Assembly: GCA_021414025.1 (NCBI GenBank)
Contig: JAIOPG010000007.1
Location: forward strand, 54,008-118,007
Reading direction: 5' to 3'
DNA: 64,000 nt
Origin: Planctomycetota bacterium
GTDB taxonomy: Bacteria > Planctomycetota > Phycisphaerae > Phycisphaerales > SM1A02
A program made the translations under genes and the position numbers. Below are positions 53,757-62,308 of this stretch, one piece after another (the stretch's first letter is position 1; each line of letters begins with the position of its first letter). The notes under the pieces are model-generated. The model was given only the letters and a program-made list of their open reading frames with translations. It did no database searches and was not told where the DNA came from.

Positions 53757-54836
53757 TCACCGGCTCGCATTGCCGCGCCGTTGCAGCAGCATCGCGGCTT
53801 TTTGCCGCAGCCATGGCTCCTCCGCGGAGTCGTCGGAAATCTTCTGAAGCGCCGCGACCAGCGCTTGCGACCAAGTCGCAGCTTCGCTCCCCGCGATGAT
53901 CAGCATTGCGTTGCGCTTCCACATCGAGAGCTTCGCCCGCAGCAGCACCTTGGAAAGTTTCATCGCCGCCTGCGATTCCTCGCTCCATTGCAGCACCTCG
54001 GCCAGATCAAAGTCCGCGTGGAGCGGCTGGTAGTGCGGATGGGGCTTGATCCGCGCCGATCGCTCGCGCGGCTGCGAATGCGGACAGGCCTCGATGCAGG
54101 CGTCGCAGCCGAAGAGCCAGTCATCGCTGCGACCCTCGAACCACGCCGCGGGCTCGGCGCGATGCTCGATGGTGAGGTAGGAGATGCAGCGCTGGGCGTT
54201 GAGCTTCCACGGCTCGATGGCCTGCGTGGGACAGGCGTCGATGCAGCGCGTGCAGGTGCCGCAGGGATCGCCCGCGACCGCCTGCGAGGGCGCCAGGTCG
54301 AGCGAGGTCACGATCTCCCCCAGCATGATCCAGCTGCCGACGCTTTCCTCGCCGATGAGCAGCGTGTGCTTGCCGACGCGGCCCAGCCCCGCCCGCTGGG
54401 CGTGCTCACGCTCCAGGATCGGCGCTGTGTCGACGCAGACGCGGAAGCGGTTGCCGGGATGGCGGCGGCGCAGGTCGTCGGCGATGGGTTCGAGGCGCTC
54501 GCGGATCACGCGGTGGTAGTCGCGGCCGCGCGCGTAGCGCGCGATCCGGCCGCGCGGCGAGGCTCCGACATTTTTCGGGTCAGGCTCGCCGCTCGCATAA
54601 CGGTCGGCGACGCAGATGATCGATCGCGCCGTGGGCACGAACGTTCCGGGATCCATCCGCTGCTCGATGTGCTCGGTGAGGTAGGTCATCTCGCCGCAGC
54701 CAAGCTCCGTCAGCCATTGATTGAACTGCGCGCGATGCGAGGTTTCCTCGGCCCGGCAGATTCCATAGAGCGCGAAGCCCGCCCCGCGCAGCGTTTCGAG
54801 AATTTCCTGCGTCAGCGCCTGGTCGGGCCCGCTCAT
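53757..54836 (-). CDS. queG: tRNA epoxyqueuosine(34) reductase
   Basis: Start taken at MSGPDQALTQ. Two 4Fe-4S ferredoxin motifs (CGTCTRCIDACPT and CDACIEACP), a QueG-type N-terminal region and a HEAT-like C-terminus. Confidence 0.82.
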   Translation of the reverse strand: MSGPDQALTQEILETLRGAGFALYGICRAEETSHRAQFNQWLTELGCGEMTYLTEHIEQRMDPGTFVPTARSIICVADRYASGEPDPKNVGASPRGRIARYARGRDYHRVIRERLEPIADDLRRRHPGNRFRVCVDTAPILEREHAQRAGLGRVGKHTLLIGEESVGSWIMLGEIVTSLDLAPSQAVAGDPCGTCTRCIDACPTQAIEPWKLNAQRCISYLTIEHRAEPAAWFEGRSDDWLFGCDACIEACPHSQPRERSARIKPHPHYQPLHADFDLAEVLQWSEESQAAMKLSKVLLRAKLSMWKRNAMLIIAGSEAATWSQALVAALQKISDDSAEEPWLRQKAAMLLQRRGNASR

Positions 54837-54843
54837 GGCTCGC

Positions 54844-56229
54844 TCAACCCAGACCCGCGGCGCGGGCCAGAATCGCCACGGGCAGATCGGCCTGGAGCGA
54901 CGATTGATTGGTGATGGCATCCGCCGCGGCGTAGCCCGAGCGCACAGCGCCTTCCATGGTGGCGGGCCAACCGGTGTCGCACCAGTCCCCCGCCAGGATC
55001 AGATTGTCGACGCCGCCGGTCGGACACGGGCGCGGGCCGGGCCGCAGCGCCTCGAAGCCGGGAAGCGCGGCGAAGGTTGCCCGCTTTTCCTTGACCGAGC
55101 GCACCTCGACCGGCTCGCGGCCGCGGGCATCGGGGCAGGCCCATTCAATGTCCAGGCGAACGCGCCGCGAAATCTCCGCCTCGTCCAGTTCCATCCACGC
55201 GTCGGCCGCGGAGATGACCGCGTGGATGTGCTGCCGGCCTGACTCGTCGATGCCCTTGTTGAAGAGCCACTGCGTGGCGCGGGCGGGCAGCACGAGATGC
55301 GGTTGCTTGAGCACCGGGGTTTCATAGACCAGATGCACGCCCAGGATCGGGCTGGTGGAAATTTCATCCAGGTGCTGCAGCCGCGCGTCGGCCGCCTGCA
55401 AAACGGGCGAGCACAATTTCTGCAGTCGATCGGGCGGCACCGTGGAGATCACCGCCACCGCATCGACCAGCCCCTCGTCGGTCACCACGCCGGTCGCGCG
55501 CCGCCCATCGAAAGCGATTGCCTGGGCACTCACGCCAAGCCGGACTTCGCCGCCGGCCTGGGCGATGATCGACTCGGCGGGGTCGTAGAGATCCAGCAGC
55601 GGCACGGCGCTCAGCGCCATCTGGCTGGCGAAGCGATGACTGAGAAACCCTTCCTGAAACACCTTCATGGCGAAGGGCGCGTCCACCCGCGACGAGGGCA
55701 GGTTGCAGGCGCTCACCACCACGGGCTCCCAGAAACGCTGGATCGCATTCAAGGTCTGCCGCGTCTCGGTGAGAAACTCCAGGAAGACTCGCCCGCGCCA
55801 GCGATCGCGCCCCGCGAAACCAAGCCGCATCAGCTTGAGCATGGCTCGCGCGATCGCGACCTTGTCCATGAGCGAGATCATGCGCATCCGCAGAAAGCTT
55901 CCGGTGAACTGGGCCGGCGCCGGCAGCCAACCGGCGCGCATCTCGTCGGGCGCGTGGGGCGGATTCGCCCAATAGGTCGCCGGATGCCACTGCATCCGAT
56001 CGAGGACACCCAGGCGCTGGTAGAAATCCAGCAGGTTCACGCAGCAGCCCATCGCCACATGCTGGCAGTTGTCCAGCATTTTTCCGGTGCGCGGATCGGC
56101 GAAGCTGGTGGCTCGGCCGCCGAGTTTCTTTCGTGTCTCCAGCACGATCGGCGTCAGTCCCGCCTCGGCCAGGCGGATCGCCGCGGCGATTCCGGCGATG
56201 CCTCCGCCGACGATCGCCACTCTCCTCAC
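54844..56229 (-). CDS. hpnE: FAD-dependent hydroxysqualene dehydroxylase (HpnE-like amine oxidase/phytoene desaturase family)
   Basis: GTG start giving VRRVAIVGGGIAGIAAAIRLAEAG (dinucleotide-binding fold). The track ORF extends upstream artificially. Located immediately downstream of two squalene/phytoene synthase paralogs. Confidence 0.78.
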   Translation of the reverse strand: MRRVAIVGGGIAGIAAAIRLAEAGLTPIVLETRKKLGGRATSFADPRTGKMLDNCQHVAMGCCVNLLDFYQRLGVLDRMQWHPATYWANPPHAPDEMRAGWLPAPAQFTGSFLRMRMISLMDKVAIARAMLKLMRLGFAGRDRWRGRVFLEFLTETRQTLNAIQRFWEPVVVSACNLPSSRVDAPFAMKVFQEGFLSHRFASQMALSAVPLLDLYDPAESIIAQAGGEVRLGVSAQAIAFDGRRATGVVTDEGLVDAVAVISTVPPDRLQKLCSPVLQAADARLQHLDEISTSPILGVHLVYETPVLKQPHLVLPARATQWLFNKGIDESGRQHIHAVISAADAWMELDEAEISRRVRLDIEWACPDARGREPVEVRSVKEKRATFAALPGFEALRPGPRPCPTGGVDNLILAGDWCDTGWPATMEGAVRSGYAAADAITNQSSLQADLPVAILARAAGLG

Positions 56230-57098
56230 CGCGCGGCCCCGGCGTGGGCGCGCTTGGCCCGCAGCGCGATCCACACCTTGCGCAGGGCGCTGAGCCGCGC
56301 CCGCCCATGCACGGCCAGCTGCGGATCGGCCTCGATCTTGGTCAGCACGCTCTTGTAGATCTCCGTCATCGCCCAGAGCGTGGGCAGGCACGAAGGATCG
56401 ATCATGCTGTCCAGCGGCGCGCTGCGGTCGTAATGGGCGCGGGCGCGCTGGCACTGGGCGAGGATGAACTCGCCGCAGCGGTCGGGGGCCGACCAGTCGC
56501 GCACGATTTCCGGCGTCAATTCCATCGCCTGGAACTCCGAGAGCGGCAGGTAGCAGCGCCCGCTGTCGGCGTCCTCGCGGAAGTCGCGCAGGATGTTGGT
56601 CAATTGAAAGGCGATCCCCCGCTCCACCGCCAGCTTGGTCGCCTCCTCGCCGCGGTAGCCCCAGATACGGATGCACACCAGACCCACCGTGCCCGCCACC
56701 TGGTAGCAGAAGCGGCGCAGCTGCGGCCACGTTTCGAATTTCGCGGGCTCGAGATCGCTGACCTGCCCGTCGAGCATGTCGTGAAACTCCTGCTTCTCAA
56801 GCTTGAAGCGCTTCGCCGCCTCGGTCAGCGCGATCAGCGCCGGCGTCTGCGTCTGCACGCGGCCCTCCAGCGCTGCGTCGGTCGCCTCGCGGTAGGCCTG
56901 CAGGCGCCGATTGCGCTCGTTGGGATCGCGCTCGATGTCATCGACCAGGTCATCGGCCTCGCGCATCCAGGCGTAGACCGCGTACATGGCCCAGCGCCGA
57001 TCGGGCGGCGTGAGCCGAAGTCCGTAGTGGAAGTTGCGGGCCCGCTGCCGCGTGATGGTCTCGCACGCCTCCACCGCCTCCTGGAGGGATGGATTCAC
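56226..57098 (-). CDS. hpnD: Presqualene diphosphate synthase (HpnD-like squalene/phytoene synthase family)
   Basis: GTG start. Asp-rich motifs YAWMREADDLVD and NILRDFREDADSG of the trans-isoprenyl diphosphate synthase head-to-head family. Confidence 0.78.
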   Translation of the reverse strand: MNPSLQEAVEACETITRQRARNFHYGLRLTPPDRRWAMYAVYAWMREADDLVDDIERDPNERNRRLQAYREATDAALEGRVQTQTPALIALTEAAKRFKLEKQEFHDMLDGQVSDLEPAKFETWPQLRRFCYQVAGTVGLVCIRIWGYRGEEATKLAVERGIAFQLTNILRDFREDADSGRCYLPLSEFQAMELTPEIVRDWSAPDRCGEFILAQCQRARAHYDRSAPLDSMIDPSCLPTLWAMTEIYKSVLTKIEADPQLAVHGRARLSALRKVWIALRAKRAHAGAAR

Positions 57099-58027
57099 GC
57101 CGCGCTCCGTCCCAGGCGCGAGGCCAGCCAGGATTTGGCGATCAGGAGGAGCTTCTCCGCGCGGCCCATGCTCGGCCTGCGGATGCAGGTTTCGTAGTCC
57201 CAGAGGCGGATGTGCCTGAGCACGCCGCGGCCTCCGGCGGCGAAGAGACCGACGACGGGGCGCGAGCGCGGGGAAATCCCTTCCAGCAGCGCGTCGCCCT
57301 GGTTGAAAAGCGCCTCGGTGTGGTCGCAGAGCTTGGCGAGCATCTCACGGTAGGCGGGCAGGAACTCCAGATCCGGGGCCCAGCCTTGCCGCGCCGTGGC
57401 CAGAAGCCGCTCCTCGAAGTCCGGGATGTGATTCCACGCCTCACGCGGCAGGTAGATGCGGTCGCGCGCCAGCAGATCGCGGCGAACGTCCTGCCAGTGG
57501 TTGACCAATTGCAGCGCGGTGCAGACGCAATCCGACAGCTCGCTGATGGATTCGTCGCGCGACTCGCCCAGCACGGCAAGCACCAGACGCCCCACCGGAT
57601 CGGCGCTGAGCGAGCAGTAGCGCTCAAGCTCATCCATGGATTCCCAGCGGTTCTGGCGGTTGTCCCATTCGAAGGCCTGAATCAGCTGGTCGAAGAGGTG
57701 CTCGGGCAGATCGTGGCGCTGGATCACCGGCGCCAGCGCGACCATGATGGGGTGCTTCGGCGCACCGCGGTAGCACTCCTGCAATTCCTGTCGCCACCAG
57801 GCGAGCAGCTCAAGCGCCTTCTCGGGGCTCGTCGCCTCGTCGCCCAGGTCGTCGGCCCAGCGGCAGAAGGCGTAGATCGCCGCGAAGTCACCGCGCGACT
57901 TTTCCGGAAGCAGCGCACTGAGCACGGGAAAATTCTCACTGCGCGAGCGGGTGAACTCTCGGCACCACGTGGCGGCCTCGGCTTGAGTCATGCCCGCGCG
58001 AACACCGGGCCCCCAGCGCTGCAGCAT
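57095..58027 (-). CDS. hpnC: Hydroxysqualene synthase (HpnC-like squalene/phytoene synthase family)
   Basis: ENFPVLSALLP, YAFCRWADDLGDE and NHWQDVRRDL motifs. The start is either 58027 (MLQRWG) or 57991 (MTQAEA). The track ORF to 58447 overlaps rpoN and is too long. Confidence 0.78.
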   Translation of the reverse strand: MLQRWGPGVRAGMTQAEAATWCREFTRSRSENFPVLSALLPEKSRGDFAAIYAFCRWADDLGDEATSPEKALELLAWWRQELQECYRGAPKHPIMVALAPVIQRHDLPEHLFDQLIQAFEWDNRQNRWESMDELERYCSLSADPVGRLVLAVLGESRDESISELSDCVCTALQLVNHWQDVRRDLLARDRIYLPREAWNHIPDFEERLLATARQGWAPDLEFLPAYREMLAKLCDHTEALFNQGDALLEGISPRSRPVVGLFAAGGRGVLRHIRLWDYETCIRRPSMGRAEKLLLIAKSWLASRLGRSAA

Positions 58028-58056
58028 CGCCGTGGCCGGCGTCTCAAGAGCCTGAC

Positions 58057-59640
58057 TCACGCGTGCTCTCCATTGGTGTGTCGTCGTCGGCGGCGCGCCG
58101 GCTGGATGCCCATCTGCTCGCGGTATTTCACCACGGTGCGCCGGGCGATGGTGATCCCGCGCTCGCGCAACTGCGTGGCGATGGCCTCGTCCGAGAGCGG
58201 CCGGGTTTTGTCCTCGGCGTCGACGATCTCCTGCAGCACCGTGCGGACGGCCTCCCAGCTCACGCTCTCGCCATCGGCGTTTTCGGTGCCGCCGGTGAAG
58301 AACTTGCGCAGCTCCACCAGGCCGCGCGGCGTCTGCATCCACTTGCCGGCGACGGCGCGGCTGACCGTTGCCACGTGCACGCCGATGCGCTCCGCCACAT
58401 CCATCATCGGCAGCGGGCGCAGATGTCCCGAGCCCTCGTCGAACCATTCGCGCTGCCGCTCCAGGACGATCTCCACCACCTTCAGCAGGGTGTTCTTGCG
58501 CTGGGTGATGGCGTCGATGAGCCAGCTCGCCGAGCGGATGCCGTCCTGCACGAATTTCTTGGTCGCCGGATCGGTGGAATCGCGCTCCGCCATGGCGGAG
58601 TAGCGCGTGCTTACCCGCAGCGGCGGCACCGAGCCGTCGCAGATCGCCGCGATGTAGCGGTCCTGCTCCGGGTCGAACTCGACCATGACGTCGGGCACCA
58701 CCGGGCGCTCGGTCTCATCGGTCAGGTCGCGGCCGGGCGAGATGGTGAGGCGGCGCAGGCGCTCCTTGGCGGCCTCGATGCGCTCCACGTTCATGCCGCT
58801 GCGCGAGGCGATCTTGGGAAGCCGGTTCTCGAGGAAGTCGTCGTAGTAATCGCGCACCAGGATGCGTGCGTCGTTCCACGCCGCCTCGTCCTGCGCCGAG
58901 GGGCGCTCGTTCCAGCGCCGCGAGTCCAGCTTGGCGTCGATCTGGATGAGCAGGCTCTCCTGGACATCCCGCGCCGCCACGCCGGCGGGCTCGAGCCACT
59001 GCTGCAGCAGCGGCAGCACGCGCTCCAGTTCGCGGGCGGAGAAGTGCCGGCCTTCGTGCTCTCCATTCTTGGTTCCGTTTTTCGTCCCGTCCTGCGTTCC
59101 ATCCTTGGCGCCATGGGCCGCGATCGCCTCCAGGTCCGCAGAGAGCAGGCCGTCGTCGTCCACGAAATCCAGGATCGCCCGGCCCGCCTCCAGCGTGGCG
59201 GCGTCGGTTTCGATCAGGCTCCATTGCTTGCGCAGCTGCTCGCTCAGCGGCTCGCGCCGGGCGGCGGTCTGGGCCAGCATCTCGTATTTCACGTCTCGGT
59301 CGCCGTCGGAGCGGCGCGTCGCCTGCACCCCCTCGCCGTAGTCGCGCTCGAACTCGCGGGCCCGCTCGAAGGCCTCGCCGGTCTCGCCGCTTTCACCGCT
59401 GAGCAGCGGCTTCTCCGGGATTTCCTGCTCCACCGCCTCGGGCGCCTCGGCGGGCTCCTCGTCGCCGGCCTCGGGCTCGACCTGCTCGATGGCGACGTTG
59501 CGCTCCAGCTCCTGCTCCACGCGCTCCTGCAACTGGGCCAGCGGCATCTGCAGCACTTCCATGCTCTGGATCAGCCGCGGCGCCAGGCGCAGCTGCTGTG
59601 AGGTGCGGAGTTTTTGCGAGAGGTCGAAACGCATCCGCAC
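58057..59640 (-). CDS. rpoN: RNA polymerase sigma-54 factor
   Basis: N-terminal Gln/Leu-rich region I (LRTSQQLRLAPRLIQSMEVLQMP), an acidic region II, a core-binding region, and the C-terminal RpoN box ARRTVVKYRE. Confidence 0.92.
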   Translation of the reverse strand: MRMRFDLSQKLRTSQQLRLAPRLIQSMEVLQMPLAQLQERVEQELERNVAIEQVEPEAGDEEPAEAPEAVEQEIPEKPLLSGESGETGEAFERAREFERDYGEGVQATRRSDGDRDVKYEMLAQTAARREPLSEQLRKQWSLIETDAATLEAGRAILDFVDDDGLLSADLEAIAAHGAKDGTQDGTKNGTKNGEHEGRHFSARELERVLPLLQQWLEPAGVAARDVQESLLIQIDAKLDSRRWNERPSAQDEAAWNDARILVRDYYDDFLENRLPKIASRSGMNVERIEAAKERLRRLTISPGRDLTDETERPVVPDVMVEFDPEQDRYIAAICDGSVPPLRVSTRYSAMAERDSTDPATKKFVQDGIRSASWLIDAITQRKNTLLKVVEIVLERQREWFDEGSGHLRPLPMMDVAERIGVHVATVSRAVAGKWMQTPRGLVELRKFFTGGTENADGESVSWEAVRTVLQEIVDAEDKTRPLSDEAIATQLRERGITIARRTVVKYREQMGIQPARRRRRHTNGEHA

Positions 59641-59675
59641 ATACTACGGCGGCGGCGCGGACGCGACGCGTCGAA

Positions 59676-60317
59676 TCAGCTCATCGGACGACGTCCGGCG
59701 ACGGCGTCTGCCAAAGCGGCGCGGTTGGCGAACTCGATCTGGCTGCCCGCGGGAAGTCCGCGCGCCAAACGGGTGACCTGGACCCCCAGGGATTGCAGCG
59801 GTTCGGCGAGATAGAGCCCGGTGCTGTCGCCCTCCATGTCGGGATTGAGCGCCAGGATCACCTCTGTCACTTTGACACCCCGCGCATTTTTTGACGCTTC
59901 GCGCACGCGGCGCAATAGATCGTTGGCGGTCAGGCTGTCGGCGCCGACGCCCTCCAGCGGCGAGAGCCTTCCCATCAGGATGTGGTAGACGCCGCGGAAC
60001 ATGCCGGTCTGCTCCAGGTTCCACAGGTCCTTGGGCTGCTCCACCACCATCACCATCGACGCGTCGCGCCGCGCGTCGGCGCAGATGCTGCAGGGATCGC
60101 CGTCGGTCAGGTTCCAGCAGACGCTGCAATGATGCACGTCGGTCTTCACGTCGGCGATCGCCTTGGAGAGGCGCATGGCCTCCTCGCGGGTGGATTTCAG
60201 CAGATGAAAGGCGAGCCGCTCCGCGGTGCGACGGCCCACGCCGGGCAGGCGCGAGAGCTCGTCGACCAGCCGGGTGACCGGCTCGGGCTGGGCGGAATTG
60301 GTGCGCTCCTTCGCCAT
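59676..60317 (-). CDS. recR: Recombination protein RecR
   Basis: Helix-hairpin-helix LPGVGRRTAERLAFHLL, C4 zinc finger CSVC...CSIC, and a Toprim domain. Confidence 0.95.
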   Translation of the reverse strand: MAKERTNSAQPEPVTRLVDELSRLPGVGRRTAERLAFHLLKSTREEAMRLSKAIADVKTDVHHCSVCWNLTDGDPCSICADARRDASMVMVVEQPKDLWNLEQTGMFRGVYHILMGRLSPLEGVGADSLTANDLLRRVREASKNARGVKVTEVILALNPDMEGDSTGLYLAEPLQSLGVQVTRLARGLPAGSQIEFANRAALADAVAGRRPMS

Positions 60318-60326
60318 GGTCCGATC

Positions 60327-62135
60327 CTACGCCTCCGCCGAATCGGTTTGCGGCGGCGCGGCTGCCAGCAGCGCGGCGCCGGGCTGCTCCACCTTGACCA
60401 CGATCGCGTCGAAGGCCTCCATGGCCTCGCGCACCAGCGGCATCTGCAGCAGATCCTTGTCGAGTCCGTGCATCGGCTTGACCGCCTGGGGCGGCGCCTC
60501 GGCGGCGGCCTCGAACTCCAGCTTCCAACCGGGGCCCAGCGCCCGGGTCGCCATGGTCTGCAGCATCTCGCTGCGCCGCGCGGCGTAGTTGGCGGCGCCG
60601 CCGGCGTTCTCGGCGGCGCGAAGCGTGAGCCTGCGGTCGCGCAGCGACACGGGCACGAAGGACTCCGCGAGCGTGCGCTCGGGGGTCGAGTTGGCCACGG
60701 TCGAGATTTTCTTCCAGGCCTCCTCGGCGCTGAGTGCATCATTGGAAGAGAGCGATGAATTTGGCGCCGCAACAGGAGCCGCGGGTTGAGCGGGCCGGGT
60801 CGTCGGCGTGGCGAGCGAACTCCTCGGCGCAGCGGGAGCCGTGAAGCCCGCCCCCGCCGCCTCCGGGCTACCTACCTTTTTTTTTTCGCCCTCGATGGGG
60901 CGTGACACACCGGCGACGGCTTGCTCCACCCGCTGGAACTCGCGGTGCAGGCAGAGCCTCGCCACGGTGGCGTCGAAGATCGTCCGCGGCGAGCCGCTGT
61001 TGCGGATGCTCTTGATGGCGGCCTCGCAGACCGCCACAAAATGCACGAGCTCGTGAGGTTCGAAGTGATCCGCCTGCTTGGCGGCCATCGCCCGGCCCTC
61101 CGCGGAAAGATCCACCAGGTCCGTCTCCTTGCCGCACGTCCGCACCACCAGGAAATCGCGCCACCGCGCGGCGAAGTATTCCAGAGCCTGCTCCGCCGGA
61201 CAGCCTGATTCCAGCAGCGCCGCCGCGGCTTCGAGCCCGGCCTTGGCGTCGCCGTCGGCGATCGCGGTGGTGACCGCCGAGACCAGTCCCGCGTCGGGAA
61301 GACCCAGCACCTCTTCGGCCATCCGAGTGGAAATGTCCCCGCTGGCTGCGGCGATCAGCCGGTCCAGCAGGCTCAGCGCGTCGCGCATGCTTCCGTTGCC
61401 GAGCTTGGCGACCAGGTGAATGGCGGCGTCTTCGGCCTTCAGGCCTTCCTTGCCAATGACGGCGCGCAGATGCTCGGCAATTTTTCCCGTGGCGATGGGC
61501 TTGAAGTCGAAGCGCTGGCAGCGGCTCTGAATGGTCGCGGGCACCTTGTGCGGTTCGGTGGTGCACAAAATAAACTTCACGTGCGGCGGCGGCTCCTCCA
61601 TGGTCTTGAGCAGCGCGTTGAAGGCCGGCGTGGTGAGCATGTGCACTTCGTCGATGATGTAGATCTTGTAGGGGCTCCGCGCCGGCAGGATGCCCGCCTT
61701 GGAAATCAGGTCGCGGGCGTCGTCCACGCCGCGGTTGCTGGCGCCGTCGATCTCGATGACGTCCATGTCCTCGCCGCGCAGGATGCTGGCGGAGATGGCG
61801 GCGGCCTGGGTCAATTCCTTGGGCGCGTTGAGGGCCCGGGCCAGCACACGCGCCATGCTGGTCTTGCCCACGCCGCGCGTGCCGCAGAAAAGGTAAGCAT
61901 GGGCGATGCGGTTCATGGCGATCGCATTCTGCAGCGTGCGGGAAATGCTCTCCTGCCCGATCAATTCGTCGAAATGGGCGGAGCGGTAGCGCCGCGCCAG
62001 CACGGTGTAGCCGCCGGTGGATCCATCGGCGCGGGCGACCGGCTCCAGGGCTCCGGGGATGAGCGCCTCGGGCATCGCAGTGGCGTCGCCGGATTCGGAA
62101 GTTGTTTTGGGTTTCTTCGCCAAGGTTCGATCCAT
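60327..62135 (-). CDS. dnaX: DNA polymerase III subunits gamma and tau
   Basis: YRSAHFDELIGQE, Walker A GTRGVGKTS, Walker B YIIDEVHML, sensor motifs, and a tau-type C-terminal domain. The first ATG, at 62135, has a GGAAG RBS. The track ORF starts at a TTG at 62204. Confidence 0.95.
   Translation of the reverse strand: MDRTLAKKPKTTSESGDATAMPEALIPGALEPVARADGSTGGYTVLARRYRSAHFDELIGQESISRTLQNAIAMNRIAHAYLFCGTRGVGKTSMARVLARALNAPKELTQAAAISASILRGEDMDVIEIDGASNRGVDDARDLISKAGILPARSPYKIYIIDEVHMLTTPAFNALLKTMEEPPPHVKFILCTTEPHKVPATIQSRCQRFDFKPIATGKIAEHLRAVIGKEGLKAEDAAIHLVAKLGNGSMRDALSLLDRLIAAASGDISTRMAEEVLGLPDAGLVSAVTTAIADGDAKAGLEAAAALLESGCPAEQALEYFAARWRDFLVVRTCGKETDLVDLSAEGRAMAAKQADHFEPHELVHFVAVCEAAIKSIRNSGSPRTIFDATVARLCLHREFQRVEQAVAGVSRPIEGEKKKVGSPEAAGAGFTAPAAPRSSLATPTTRPAQPAAPVAAPNSSLSSNDALSAEEAWKKISTVANSTPERTLAESFVPVSLRDRRLTLRAAENAGGAANYAARRSEMLQTMATRALGPGWKLEFEAAAEAPPQAVKPMHGLDKDLLQMPLVREAMEAFDAIVVKVEQPGAALLAAAPPQTDSAEA
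60868..60890 (-). other. Candidate programmed frameshift / transcriptional slippage site in dnaX
   Basis: The mRNA reads GGC GAA AAA AAA AAG GTA GGT AGC. It has ten consecutive A then G, which contains the A AAA AAG heptamer. TAG stops occur in both alternative frames within 9 nt (-1 frame: GGT AGG TAG; +1 frame: AGG TAG). Confidence 0.5.
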
Positions 62136-62308
62136 CCCAATGCTTCCGAGGACGGTCAGGCTGGCGCTTGCATGGGCTCCGCTGCTTATGGCTGCTGCCG
62201 TCAAGCTCTGACCAGGTTCACATGGCGTCCATCAAGCGGGCCCGACCGTCCTCGAAAGCACTGAAGCCCGAATCCTAGCCTCGCCCTCCGCCGCCGTACA
62301 ATCGCGCC

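Noticed and set aside
62136-62308. SRP (4.5S) RNA gene, often found upstream of dnaX
   Set aside because: Neither strand shows a match by eye to the conserved domain IV motif (the GGAA tetraloop helix with symmetric and asymmetric loops).
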